The notes under the pieces were generated by a model. The model searched no databases and had not been told where the DNA came from. It worked only from the letters and a program-made list of their open reading frames with translations. A stretch of DNA of 64,000 bases, from NCBI RefSeq assembly GCF_009914755.1, contig NC_060926.1, one strand, 5' to 3'. The stretch is from the human T2T-CHM13v2.0 reference genome, Homo sapiens. How positions within the stretch are numbered: position 1 is the stretch's first letter; every line of letters starts with the position of its first letter. The position numbers and the translations under genes were made by a program. Positions 13,734 to 28,284 of the stretch are shown here, in pieces.

Positions 13734-14141
13734 TGTTGTTTCCTGGTGGGCAGGTCTTTGCAAACCTACCCCTGAAATCAGCAGAAGCTGAGGCTGAAGA
13801 AAGAGGCTGACATATCTAACTTCTTAGAAAGAAACATCTAATAGGGACTTAACAAACATAAGCCATGTCTGTGTCCTGGGTGGCAGGGAGACAAGTCGGT
13901 GGATCCCTGTGCCATTACCCACAAGACCCAGGGCTCATATATCACAGGAGAAACGATTTAGAAGAGATGTGTAGAATAATTGAAGGTTGTTTGACCGAAG
14001 AGCAGAACGTATGGTAAGTACCTGCTCTTACAGGAGGCACAGTAGATAAACTGGAAATCTTAGACCTTTCCCGGAACAGAGGTAAATCAGAAGCCAACTT
14101 GGTGGATTAGCATCCAAGATGGAGTTGCTTTAGCCTCCACA
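13734..14141 (-). mobile_element. Solo LTR47-like LTR
   Basis: Minus strand starts tgtggaggctaaagcaactccatcttggatgctaatcc. Confidence 0.7.
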
Positions 14142-15269
14142 TCTCTGTATTCCCAGCTCCTGCTACTGGGTGGGAGATATCGTGTTTCCCTGCTTTTACT
14201 TATAAGAAAATATTTCCTCTGCAGGGACAGAGTAATTTTATTTTTGTAAGAAAATGTCCTGCCTGTGGCCAATAAGTGTAAAACAGCTTCTTGCAAAACC
14301 CCTAGGAAGATGATTCCCTCCTTCCGCCCACACCTAGGCACCTCCTCAGTGGGGTATTATCTGGGTTAAAAACTTTTCCCCCACTTGTCCCATGGCAGAC
14401 CATGGAGGCCACTAACTATAGACTACATAGATATAATCATAAATTTATATGAGATAAGCAATTTTTAAAATTGAGCAATTTGGAAAACTCATTAAATGTT
14501 ATGTAATTCTCTACTGCTTTGCCATTTATTCATGGAAAAAGTATAAAGCTTTGAAGATATTTTCCCTATTGGCATGAGAAACCAAGTCCACAGGCTACAT
14601 TTGCTTTAATCCAAAAACCATAGGCACAGTGGTAGCAAAATGCATGTTTTGCAACTTTTACTTCACTGTGTTCAGACACAAGGAAGTATCCATTCATATT
14701 CCATTAATGTTGGGTCCTTTCACATCAAGACTTTTCAAATCAAGCCATTTATTCTCAAATAAACATTTAAGAACATAAACTATGGTTTCATAATTTTATT
14801 TTCATTTAGACTCAAAAGGATTATACCAGCACGACACCATCCCTTGGGTGCTTTTGAAAGCAAAAGGTACATAAAAGATCCTAAAAGTGGGATCCAGAGG
14901 AAGTATTATAATTTGTAAATGAAAGCAAGTAACTGCCTCACTATGTTTTCTAATCCCTGTTTAATCAATCCCAGCAATTAAAAATAATAAAGCAATAAGA
15001 CACTCTAGGGATCTTAAGGGTTTTGATACTGAATCATAGGTCAGTTTCCTCCCCACAGCACTTTATGACTCCTACCATAACCAGTTATTAGTGAACTAAA
15101 AATTGTTTATGTTATGTGCGATAGTTCCACGTATTTTACTGAACAGTAAAAAAGGTTTTCCATGTCATTTACTTAAACATTTTTCTCTAACACAGCTCTG
15201 GGATTTTATCATTTCCTTTTTGCTTCCTTCTTTTTCACTTATATTTAAATGTTAAATAATATTGCTAAT

Positions 15270-15480
15270 AAGTAACACTCATAGTAATACTATCTATTGG
15301 CTTTATTCTAAGCATCTTATGCAGATTAATTTATTTAATTCACATCACTCTATGAGATAGATACTTTTATTATTCTCATTTGACAGATGAGAGAATTGAG
15401 GCACAGAGAGGTTACATGAAATGTCCCAAATCGCACACCTGGCAAGTAGCACCCCAATCTATGGCCTTAACTACTACTGG
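15270..15480 (-). mobile_element. MIR
   Basis: Reverse MIR core attctcatttgacagatgagagaattgaggcacagagagg. Confidence 0.75.
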
Positions 15481-16618
15481 ATATTCCCTTCCCTAGCAGG
15501 TAAATACATAGTAGACATTTGAAAGTGTTTAAATAATATTGGATTTTAATTAATTAAAAATAGCCAAGAATTTCCATGTTTTAACATTCTGTTTTTAAAA
15601 TTAAGTTCAAGGGTCACTCCATTTTCCCCTAGTCTTCCTGACATCCCTGAATGTCCACCCTAAGTATATCCTCAACTCTGAGCTCCCAGGACACATTGCA
15701 GCTCCGCTGTGTCTTCCTAGTCACACAATTCGGTCACTTTGCATACACATTATTTATAAGATAGACCTCTGGAGAGCAGGGATCATGTTTATTCATCTTG
15801 GAGGGAATAAATTACACCATCTCGATCTTTTCTCTGCCTCTCTGCAGAGAGATGCCTATGTTAATTTAAATATTTCCAATACAGGCAAGTATTTGAATTC
15901 ACTATATAACTCTTGCCTCTCTATATAACTTTCAAAATCTAAATAAGCTTCTTAATGTCTTCTCCTGCTTGCCTCTGTAAATGAAAGCAATCCTTCACTC
16001 ACTCATTCACTCACTCCACAAACATTTAATGAATGCCAACCAAGGCTAAGAAGTAGGACTAAAAACAGAATAAGGTGTAGGCCATAAACCTAGGAGCTCA
16101 GCTGCAGATCAACATCTCAGGACATTTTAGTCACTGACTAAAAAACTTTAAGCTCAATTTACTCTTTAAAGGAATTTTTAGTATTCTAAAAGAAGTGATT
16201 GAAAACAGTTCTTTTAAGTAATTACATAAAATCAGACAGCAGCAACCTTAGTCTGAGAAAGAAGAATGGAGTTCTGTTTCTGAATTTCAATTTCAATAAT
16301 TAGCATATAATCATTTATTACAAAGAAAGAATGTGGGCATATATCTTCTATTTTTAACAATGAAAATCTAAGAATCATATCAATTGTAGAAATTTGATTC
16401 TGATGACCTTTTTTCACAGCATGCTGAAGTTTCCTTTATTACTTACATGTACTCACCAATGCAACATTTGGAAATTATTATAGCAATAATTTTAGGAAAT
16501 ACCAAAATAAGGCAAAATCCGTTTTTCTTAGGAAGACTTGTTCTTCTTATGACTCAGGAGGAATATATAGTCACTAATTACAAAATCTGATAAAGAAACA
16601 TTCATTTTATATACTGGC

Positions 16619-16809
16619 CTTTACTGATGTTTCAGGAAGATAATGAGGATTTCTTAACTTGGTAGTAATATAGAAGCGGAAGTCAGGTGCATATTCAATT
16701 GTGGAGTCCCCAAGCCGGATACATGTACTCCCACCCTGCTTAAAGGTTTGTTTTAGTAGAAGAGGTTCCAAAATAGGATCTAGTTCTTCGCCAACATTTT
16801 CTAGCAACA
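16619..16809 (-). CDS. DNAH7: Dynein heavy chain exon (191 nt): AAA5 ([12 protein letters not shown]...[19 protein letters not shown])
   Basis: Acceptor ctccag|TG; donor inferred as non-canonical AAG|gccagt to keep the conserved SVK-VTLLNF sequence; phase 1-0. Confidence 0.88.
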
Positions 16810-17358
16810 CTGGAGTAAAATCAGAAAAGATTTCATGTTATTTTAAATATTGACTATAAATATTATAAATATTCAACCCTCCAAGTTCTTTCAGCCTTAT
16901 AGATAAATTCTGTTCCTAGATACCTACAAAATTACTTTTGTCTTCTGAAAAGTATAAAGAAATAATGCCATAAAAATAGCTACATTCTGTGGGAAGGACT
17001 TAAGTGGTGGGTCTACCTAGTCATCCTGCCTGCTTCCCTTCTCCTGAGTCATAGTCCTGCTGGGTGCATGCTGCCTGGCCTGGGGTTCACCAGGCGCCCA
17101 GGTATTATGGCAGTGAAGTTTATCCATCTGAGACACCAGAGAAAAGGCATTTCCAGTTGTAGTTATTTAAATTGTTACCGTATTTTTAATTATTAAAAAT
17201 GCTTATTGTAGAACATCTGCAAAGTACAGGAAGAAAGGTATAAATAAGAAATGGAAAACTGCTCCTAATTAGATTTGCTTAATTACTCTCTCTACTTCTC
17301 CCTAATATTTTAATAATTGACTCACACAGTATATAGATTGATAGAAAAATGACACAAA

Positions 17359-17646
17359 GGCCAGGCACAGTGGCTCATGCCTGTAATTCCAGCACTTTGA
17401 GAGGACGAGGCAGGAGGATTGCTTGAGTCCAGGAGTTCAAGACCAGCCTAGGCAACATGGCGAGCTCCTGTCTCTACAAAGAAAACACAAGAATTAGCCA
17501 GGTGGCAGCTACTTGGGAGGCTGAGCTGGGAGGATTGTATGAGCCTGGGAGGCCAAGGCTGCAGTGAGCCATGATCAAGCTACTGCCCTCCAGCTTGGGC
17601 CACAGAGCAATATCCTGTCTCAAACATAAATAAGGAAAAAAAAAAA
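17359..17646 (+). mobile_element. AluJ
   Basis: TSD agaaaaatgacacaaa at 17343-17358 and 17647-17662. Confidence 0.9.
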
Positions 17647-19059
17647 AGAAAAATGACACAAACTACATATAGTATAACTGTTGAATAAATTGTTATCTCT
17701 CTAGTGTTATTTATCTTTCTCCACACATAGTTGAGACTAAACAACACATTGAATTTTGCATGCTAATTATTTTTTTGACTTAACAGTATAAATGTTTCCC
17801 CATGTTATTGAAAACTCTAATAAGCATGCTTTTAATCACTGCATAATAGTGTATCATATTAGTGTTCTCTTTTTTAAACCAGTATTCAATTATTAGATAT
17901 TTGGATTGTTTCTTGTTCTGAATATTATAACAAACACTGTATTAAAAAAAACTGCATTTCAGAATATTTTCCTCTGATAGCATTCTAGAACAGGAATCCC
18001 TGGATCAAAGATCAGTGACATTGTTAAGGCTATTGATATCTTTGCTGAGTAAAGTCTTACATTTTGGTGTTTGGGATGCTATCATAGCCAAATTTGGATG
18101 ATGGCATTTTGTAGAAGTCCCTCAAAGGATGGGTGTACAATCTGGATGGGAAGGAAGGGGCTCAGGGTGCTGGGGTGACAGGTATTTGGATCTCAATTGC
18201 CATGAAAGTGCAGACATATTTTCTCCTTCCCACAGGTTACTCCTGGCTAAATGAATTCCTAAAATTGTCTTCTTGGTGATTTGCTCCATTGCTGAGATCT
18301 CAGCCAACAGCCTGTCAGATTATTTTTGAACTCATTTTTATTTTCTACTTGCATAAAATGATTATTTTTCACGGTTAAATAATATGAATGCATCATAATG
18401 TATTAAATATGTTAATTTTCTGTTGTTTAGATTGCTTCTACTTTTATACTATTATTAATAATGCCACAGTGAACATCTTTATGAATGAACCTTTGTGTTC
18501 ATCTCTAATTACTTAATCAGGCTGGAGCCCTAGAAGTAGAATTAATGGTCAACAGTTATTAACATTTTAAAAGCTATTTATATTCCAAGTTACTTTCCTG
18601 AAAAGCTGTAGAGATTTCAGAGTTGCAATGAGCACTCATTTTGTCATTTGTTTTTAAACCTATTTTTACAAAATATCACTGTATTTACAAATGCTGGACA
18701 CCATGCTGGCACTGTATTTTCTTGTCATGCTCATAACTGTAAAAAGTATGTTTTGCAGATGAAATAGGACAGGCAATCAAAATAAATCAAAATAAATTTT
18801 TCAGTTAAATCAGCTAGTAAATGACAAAGCAAAGCAGGGACATGAACCTGGCTGTCTGGCTCCTTCGTCGCTCTCTTAACCACTATACCATACTGTCAGC
18901 ATTCAATAATGTATCTGTGACTTTTATTATTTGATAGATAAAAAATACTGTTAAAATTTATATTTTTGGCAGGGTGTTTTTAGCTGTTCTTTGGTTAACT
19001 ATATATTTTTTTCTGGAAACTGTATACTAACATACTTGACCATCTTTTCATTGTAGGAT

Positions 19060-19558
19060 ATATTATTTACAATTAGGTTCAGTGACAACCGTCAGAAAAC
19101 CCAAAATAATAGCAACGACAAGGAGAAATTTATGTCTCATGTACAGGAGAGCCCAAGATAGTCAGCTCAAGGCTGAAAGGACAGTGTATCTAAATAGTGA
19201 GGGATCCAAGATCCTGCCATCTTGCAGCTTTACTATTTTTGGCAAATGGCTTTGATCTCTTTGGCCAATATGGCCTTTTATACCACATCCACATTCCAAC
19301 CATTAGAAAAAAAAAAGAAGAAATATCCTTTAAGGGTGTTTCCTGGCAGTCACAAATGGTACTTCCACTCTCGTCTTGTTGGCCAGAATACAGTAATTTG
19401 ACCAAACCCAACCATAGTCATATGGCCATATATAACCACAACAGAGGTTAGAAAATACAGTTCTTTACCCTGGATGCAATGTGCCCATGTAACACAGGGG
19501 TGCTGATACTAAAGAGAAAGGTGAGTGGATGGCAGGAACAACCAGCACTCATTGCCAC
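19060..19558 (-). mobile_element. Ancient ERVL/MaLR-type LTR (LTR33-like)
   Basis: Ends tgccaca; motifs ttggccagaata...agtcatatggcca; degraded. Confidence 0.45.
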
Positions 19559-19635
19559 ATGTGCTAATTTAAAAACTTTATCTGTATTTTTAAACATTGT
19601 TTTAGCAAATATTTCCCCCAGTTTTCAACTTGTTC

Positions 19636-20241
19636 TTATTTAATTAATTAATTTATTTGAGATGGGGTCTCACTCTGTTGCCCAGGCTGGAGTGCAGTGT
19701 GGCACAATCTCAGCTCACTGCAACCTCCATCTCCTGGGCTCAGGCCATCTTCCCACCTCAGCCTCCTGGGTAGCTGGGACTACAGGTGGGTACCATCACA
19801 CCCAGCTAATTTTTTGTGTTTTTGGTAAAGACAGGGCTTCACCATGTTGTTGCCCAGGCTGCTCTTAAACTCCTGAGCTCAAGCAATCCACCCACCCCAG
19901 CCTCCCAAAATGCTGGGATTACAGGTGTGAACTACTGCCTCCAGCCTATTTTATTTTATTTTTTGAGACAGCGTCTAGCTGTGTCTCCCAGGCTGGAGTG
20001 CAGTGGTGTGATCACAGTTCACTCTAGCCTCAACCTCCAGGCTCAGGCAATCCTCCCACCTCAACCTCACATAGGTGGAACTATAGGCATGGACCACCAG
20101 GCTCAGCTAATTTTTTTTTTTTTCAGAGATGGGGTCTTGCTACATTGCCCAGACTGGTCTCAAACTCCTGGGCTCAACCAATCCTCTTACCTCAGACTCC
20201 CAAAGTGCTACGATTACAGGAATGAGCCACTGTACCCGACC
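19636..20241 (-). mobile_element. Two tandem AluJ (19636-19946 and 19947-20241)
   Basis: Two full dimers; outer TSD ttc(a/c)acttgtt encloses both, so one inserted into the tail of the other. Confidence 0.88.
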
Positions 20242-20667
20242 TTCCACTTGTTTTTATATTTGCCTGTATTTCTTCTTATAATTTAACTTTTTGTTGTAGA
20301 AATTTTCAAGGCTTTCTCAAAATAAAGAGAATAGTATATAATTGGTACTTGATATAACTACCAATCATCCTGCTTTAGGCATTGTAAATTCGGCCAATCT
20401 AGTTTCATCCATTCCTTATCTAACCTGGATTATTTATAAACAAATCCTAGACATCATAAAACTTCAGCTGCAAGTATCTCTTGGAGATAAGAACTGTTTA
20501 AAAATTGACGCATCTTAAAAAATTAATAATTCACAGTTTTGTCAAGTATCAAGACAGAAAATATAATTCCCCATTGTCTTAAGGTATTTGGCTTATAGTG
20601 TTACGGCTTAAATTAGGATACAAATAAGTTTCATAGGTTGAAACTTTCTTTTCAAATATTTCTGCCA

Positions 20668-21033
<366 letters not shown>

Positions 21034-24000
21034 CTATGTTTCCTTTTAGCATTTGTCTTTTTTTCTTTCGTATTTAATTTTTAAACTCATCTGGAACATA
21101 TTTTGGTGTGAAGTGAGACTCTGACCTAAAATATTTTTCCACAAAGCCAATTTTCCTAATACCACTTGCTGGTGTGATGTATCATTTTTCTGTTGGTTAT
21201 AAGGTTTAATTTATAGTGCATCAAAGCCTTACATATATTAGGGTTCATTCCAGAGCTTATTCCAGTTAACTCCAAACTTACTCTTTTGAATGTTTTGTGG
21301 CTTACTACTCTCTTTTCTTCTAGGTTAAGTATTGTTTTCTAAACATTTATTTCTGAAAGTTTACATCTTTACAACTTTCAGTTTTCCTGTCAGAGAAAAA
21401 GAGCTGTCGTACTTAAGCCTTCTCTGGTTTTTCTGAAAAGTTTGTCTTTTTCTCACTTTTTATTGTTAAAATTACTCTAGGTTGTTATTTTGTTGTTTTG
21501 TTTTGCTTTGCTTTCTATTCACTGGTTGACTATAATAACTACCAAAATAGGTGGTTCTCAGTTGTCACTGATTTAATATTCTTTTTGGAATATATCTCTT
21601 CCACTGAATTTTTAAATTCTGATACCTTTCAGTTAATTATCTTTAGTTGTCTAGATGAGGTATATTGTTTATAAATATGATAATTTTGTTTCCTTTCTTT
21701 TTTTGTTTTTGTTCAGTATATGTGGCCCTACTATATCAATTGTTTCTTCCTTTAAATGTTATAGCACCTTCATTGTTTCTTGTTTTATGGCACTGAAAAC
21801 AACTTTCCTAACAATGTTAAACAATAACAGTCATAACAGATATCAATTTCTCATTTTCACTTTTACATGATCATATTTTTAAAATCTAATTTGCTCAACC
21901 ATTTTGAACCAAAATTCTGTTTAAGGAAGATTATAACGTTTCAGTTTCTCTTACTGCCTCAACATTTATCAATATTAATTTTTTACATAAAATCTGATAT
22001 TTAATGTTGGCTAAAAGTAACTATATATTTTCATCCCCTACTCACCCTAACATTTTTCTTAGTTTTGAAATGTAATTAAGAGTGTCTATATTAATACATG
22101 TAAAAATCATTTTTGAAGCTAAAATATACATTATGAAACTTAAATATTACAGACTTGATTCTTTTCCCCCAATTTTGAAAAATTTATTGTCTTATTGCTA
22201 GAATCAAGTCTTAATCCTGTTAGGAAAGATATTTGTAGTGTCTTGATTTCAAAGAAATATATCCTTAGTACTGAATATTTATTATATTATGCGTCTCACC
22301 GGAAAATTTTAAATTTTTTAAAAATTTAAAGCATTTTGAATTTTAAAAAAAGGAAAAAATGTATAGGTACATGAATTACCCAGGATGCTCTCTTTAATTT
22401 CGTTATTTTATTTTGACTCCTTTAACTTTTAATTAGATCAAAATATATACCATGTTAAAGTAATAGGAGCAAATTCAAGAGACAGACTTCTCTTCATGTT
22501 TCTATCATCAAGATTAACAATTTGCTGGTTTATGTTAAAACCTCATTTCTCATTCTCAAGCACCAGACATCACAGTATTTGCAAAGCTTATGGGAAATCA
22601 AGACTAGGAATCCAAGCACACAGCCACTAATATTTTTGAGTAAGGCAGATCATCATCTCACTCAAAACAAACAGTTATCCTTAGCAACAGAAACATAATG
22701 AGAATTAAATGTTCTTTTCAAATTTCTCTTGCATGTAGGACATTAATGTGGTTTTTAAGTTATGAATTATCTATATTATCCCATGTGAGACTTCAAATTA
22801 ATAGAAAAAAATCTTCTTCTACAACTTATGTTCAACTCTGTAGCATATTTTATCAAAAATAGACTCAACAGTTACTCAGCACCTATCAGGTGCCCTTAAG
22901 CAGCTTGTAGAAGAGAAACAAACGGTTATGCACATAAAATAAGGGCAATCATGGAAATTCATGAAAGTTTCAGTGTTGGTACTTCATTGAAGGGGTCGAG
23001 ATGTCACAGAAAAAGAGGTATTTGAGCTGTATCTTAAAGGATGGAATTTAAAGGAATCCACCAGATGGATGGAAGAGCAAAAACAAGCTAAGAGATTGAA
23101 ACAATGCCATGTTGTTTCAGTGCTGGCTGCTCCCAAGTACCCTGCACTCCCATCTTCTAAATCCTCATTTTGTCTGTAATCTCTTTCTGCCCCTTTAACC
23201 TATAAGCTTCATGAAACTAAAGACTGAGTCTGTCTTATTCATGTTGTTTTTAGTGCCTACCACACTGCCTGGTACATGGTAGTTGCAAAATAAATGTTAA
23301 TTAAATGAATGAATGGACAAATAAATGAGCAAATGAAAGAAACACTAAATTGGAAGTAGTTTTGTATCCCTGGTTTGTTACATACAAGGGGGAAAGAAAA
23401 GTAAAGTGCTGGGAGATGAGAAAAGTAAGGAAGGCTCAGATATGATAAATTCTGCTGTTGATACAAAGTTTTTTTTTTATAGATTCAATGGAAAGTCATT
23501 AAAATATCTTCTCTACAAATTGATTTATCAGCAATATTTGTATGATTAGTATTTTATGCACACTTTATCCATTGGCATAGCTAATACAGATGTACCTTTA
23601 TTTTCTAGAACACTGGCTTTCAAACTTTTTTTTAAGCAGCAGAATACTTCTTTTCAAAGAGGATCTTATCATAAACTGCAATATAAAAAAGAAAAGTGAG
23701 ACCTGCTCTGGCTGAAGTAGAGGCAGGTAGCTGAAGCAGGCAGCTGACGCAGGCAAAAACTTCTGCCTGCTCAACCCAGGCTGCCTGTGAGGGACAATAG
23801 ATCAAAAGCCACTGACTCTGAAGAGGCCAATATCTAAACATAACTCCTTAAATGGAAGAGTCTTTATGTCGTAAATGTATAACAGTAACCAATTCTTTTA
23901 CTTGATGGTTAAATATAGAAATAGCTTTAGAATCTGCCATCTATCTCTCCTTCCATTAAGAGATTAAAACTTCACTCTTCTCTGATGACTAATGTTAGAA

Positions 24001-24330
24001 AGCATTGTAAATAATCATTAGCATTTAAAAAGTATTTTATTCCAAAAAGTAGGTTAAATCAACTGAAAGAAAATCTTGCTTGTGTAACACAGTAAGCACC
24101 AGACAAAGACAGAAGACTTAGGGACTAGTTTCAGCACTCCTCTTAACTGGCTTAATTAGCATATAGTATGGTGATATGATATACACATAAATAGAAAGGG
24201 AACGTCCATCACTAACCCTTATTGGGACCAGTATAGTTAAGGGGTAGTTAACTACCTTGGTTAAGCCTTTTAATTAACATTCTCTAATACCTCACTTACC
24301 TTGTTAATAAAATGAAGTGGCTGGAATCAC

Positions 24331-24578
24331 CACTGGATTTCAAACTTTTCTGGCCACAACTCAAAGTAGGAAATACATTTTAAATATTGACTAAGTACAT
24401 ATATATGCATATAAAATTTAAACAAAAATTTCATGAAATGATGCTTACCTTTATACTATGCCTTGCAGCCTACTATGTTCTATTCCTTCCTATTGCATCT
24501 TATTAACAAAATATTGGTCATGACCCACTAAATTGGTTATCTCTCCCATGGTTATGACCCATACTTTGGAAAACACTA
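24331..24578. mobile_element. hAT-Charlie (Charlie4-like) fragment
   Basis: Degenerate terminal inverted repeats cactggatttcaaa / tttggaaaacact; ggtcatgaccca...ggttatgaccca. Confidence 0.45.
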
Positions 24579-24772
24579 AACTGATAATCTCTATGGCCCT
24601 TTTGTGTCTAAAATTATGGAATTCTAACATCAAGATTTGTGACTGACATCACAGAAATCTCCAGAATGTCAAGCATATGGTAGATGCTCAATTATCATTT
24701 AATTGTCTTTTACTATGTCAAGGAAATTATTTGAATATTTAAATTAACCTAAGTAATTTTAATTACTTAATG

Positions 24773-25103
24773 TTTTGGGTTCTGTTTTTGGTTTTTTCTT
24801 TCTTTCTTTTTTTTTTTTCTTTGAGACAGGGTCTCACTGTGTTGCCCAGGTTGGAGTGCAGTGGTGTTATCATAGCTCACTGCAGCCTTGACATCTTGGG
24901 CTTAAGCAATTCTCCCACCTCAGCCTCCTGAGTAGCTGGGACCACAGGCACATAGCACCATGCCCAGCTAATTTTTGTACTTTTTGTAAAGATGGGTCTC
25001 ACCATGTTGCCCAAGTTAGCCTCAAACTCCTGGGTTCAAGTAATCCTCCCGTCTCAGCCTCCTAAAGTGTTGAGATTACAGGCATGAGCCACTGTGTCCA
25101 GCC
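24773..25103 (-). mobile_element. AluJ
   Basis: Full dimer; flanking repeat tacttaa(t/a)gt. Confidence 0.88.
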
Positions 25104-26111
25104 TACTTAAAGTATTTAAGGTGCCAGTTCCTTCAAGAAGTCTTCCCCAGTTCCTCTGAATTCCTATAGTACATCATCTGTGCCTTTCTTATTATATCAT
25201 ACTAAAATATGATACACATAAATCATACAGTAAATGTTCAACAAAAAACATAAATTGATCAATAGACACCGCTGTAAGTATCCAACATACAGTAATTTAT
25301 TTCTTCCTCATACTATATGGTTAAAATATAGATGGGGAAACTGAGTCTCAGGAAGGTCACTGAAGCAAACACTGAGTGACAGAGGCAAGTACTCTGAATC
25401 CAAGGACAGTCCCCTGCCCATTAACTACACTGATCCCAATAAGAATTAGTGATAACCACTTTCTAATTTTATTACAGTGATGCACACACACACATATATC
25501 TGATCTTACTGTTAAACAGGCAAAATATTTAATAGTAGAGATCATGTTCCCCTTTTCTATGTAACTCCTATATCACATTCTATATGCTAAGAACACCAAT
25601 TAAATGAATGAAATAACACGTGTGCATGTGTCTGTGTGTCTATTACATAAACACAAAATTTCATAGGTAGACTTAGACTGTCTTCATTTCACACTTATTC
25701 TAATAGAGCCTAAAACTATAATTAATATTTGAAGACTAACTCCCTCTTAATGTGCACAAATAAGGTGTCTGTAAGACTACCTGGAATATTTATTATGATT
25801 CTTCCATATTATATTAGGTCTAATAACAAGTGAGACTTGCTGCACTGTCCTGGAGCTAAATAGATTGTAGTTTCATAAGGGCTTACCTTTATCTGGCCAT
25901 GTAAATAGTCAAAATTTGATGGGCTACATGAATTTAAAGCATGACTAATAACCCCAATTTACTCAAATCACAAGTTTTCTGTTTTTCGTTTTGATAAATG
26001 TGATATCTACATAAGAGCTGTATTGAAAAATCTTTGTCATGTTTATAATCTATTTTAGATGGCAGATAATAACCAGGCACATAAAATCTGTACTCTCCTC
26101 TCTGCCACTTC

Positions 26112-26313
26112 TTTTTATTTTTTATTTTTTTGAGATGGAGTCTCGCTCTGCCACCCAGGCTGGAGTGTAGTGGCACTCTCTCGGCTCACTGCAACCTCCA
26201 CCTCCAGGTTCAAGCGATTCTCCTGCCTCAGCCTCCTGAGTAGCTGGGATTACAGGCACCCGCCAGCACACCTGGCTAATGTCTGTATTTTTAGTAAAGA
26301 CAGGGTTTCACCA
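26112..26313 (-). mobile_element. AluS, 5' part missing
   Basis: Right arm, linker and part of the left arm, ending at gtttcacca. Confidence 0.85.
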
Positions 26314-26323
26314 ACCTGTCTTA

Positions 26324-26487
26324 GGAGGCCAAGGAAGGCAGTTTGCTTGAGCCCAGGAGTTTGAGACCAGCCTAGGCAACATGGCGAAACCTCATCTCTA
26401 CAAAAAATACAAAAATTAGCCAAGCGTGGGGGCATGTGCCTGTAGTCTCAGCTACTTGGTAGGCTGAGGTGGGAGGATCGCTTGAAA
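26324..26487 (+). mobile_element. AluJ fragment truncated at both ends
   Basis: ggaggccaagg...gaggatcgcttgaa; no tail. Confidence 0.85.
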
Positions 26488-26563
26488 CAATCTATACAGT
26501 TTTGGGTTAATTGTGCCCTCTCCAGGCAGTTCTGTAATGTATCTTAGTTATTCAACTACATAC

Positions 26564-26718
26564 CAGGAGTACCAAACTGGATGCAATTTTCCAGAGTCCT
26601 GACATAGTCAGGTTCACTAAGTTTAATCACATAAAGACTATTGGCTTTTTCCATGTTCTTGATCCATTTATTAGCCTGACTTTGAGGATCTATCATCAGA
26701 GGCCACCTTCTTGCATTC
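26564..26718 (-). CDS. DNAH7: Dynein heavy chain exon (155 nt): AAA5 start (NARRWPLMIDPQSQANKWIK...QFGTP)
   Basis: Acceptor tttcag|G and donor CTG|gtatgt; phase 2-1. Confidence 0.93.
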
Positions 26719-27921
26719 CTGAAAAGGAGGAGAAAGACGATGCTGGTCAAGCCATGATTTGTTTCTACACTACTTAATCATGTTCACATCACAGGTCACT
26801 TTTTAAAAGTTTGCCCTTTATTGTAATATTTTACTTTTTAACTTATGAGAAACTATGTTCTTAAAACAGAGACGTGTAGATTGAGTGGGCTACCTGAACG
26901 GCAACTACAGAAACCATCCTGCAAAGTTCGCACAAGTTATTATACTCTTTTTGGAAAATTACATTTTCTAAATGTTAAATTACACTTTTGAAAATATTTG
27001 CTGCTCTTGCTAATTATGTCACAGTGACAACCATCAAGAGGACTGCGTTGGAAATAAGGAAACTCCAGTTCTTCACTAAGCCCTCCCATTAATGAATCAT
27101 GTGACCTTGAGTAAGTCACTTTGCTTCCTTAGTTCCCACCTGCTGTCATTTGTATAATAGGGAAAGAGGTTTGGAATATTATATCTCAAAATCTAGACCA
27201 TTAAAGAAATAACGGCCTAACAAAAAGGTAAAAAGCATAATTTTATATCATCTGAACTTCATAATATCCAGGGACACTTAAGTGTTAACACAATTGTTGA
27301 CCCAATCTTTGTTTCAAACACTTCTGTATTTAGTGTCATATATGTAGTTCATTACATATTTGCTTTATGATAAGAACAAAGGCAATACCCCAGGAGGAAC
27401 CCAGTTTATTTTCTAGGGTGTAGTGAACAGATGACTTCATCAGTATCTGCAATTACTGTATGATATTCAACCACATAGCTTTCCACCTTGTGTGAAATGT
27501 AATTGGCAACAAAATCACTATTCTTTCTCTTTCTCTTAGAAGTTTCAATCAACACAAGCTCTAATCCTGGCCAATTTTCTAAAGATACTGCCACACCCTT
27601 CAAAAGTGAGCAGAGCATGAGAAGTACGACATTTTAATGAAATTAAGTAAAAAAAAACCCACAAAAAACAAAAGTGAGCAGAGCCAATTCATTTAGGTCA
27701 TTAGAAGAGCAGGAGGAGAAAATAAAAGGTGACTGAGGCAAAAAAAAAAAAAAAAAAATTGAAAAGAAAAAAAGGTAGGGGGATATAACAGGATAACATA
27801 TTAAATTCACTCTCATTATAACATGAAATTGGAACGTCAATGGATGACTTGTCCCCCAAAATAAAAAAAACCATATTTTTATCAGTTATTAGTTAGAGCC
27901 TGGTATAAAACATGTAGCTTA

Positions 27922-28236
<315 letters not shown>

Positions 28237-28284
28237 TTAGATAAAAAAGAAAATAGTTTTCTTATCCTCCAATGTGAGCATTAT

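Noticed and set aside
18215-18240. Strong plus-strand acceptor ttttctccttcccacag|g suggesting an antisense exon
   Set aside because: No convincing partner donor or other exon; isolated acceptors are common
19662-20286. Longer ORFs such as 19816-20286 (156 aa), 7058-7414 and 60262-60648
   Set aside because: Translations of Alu sequence with no independent coding evidence
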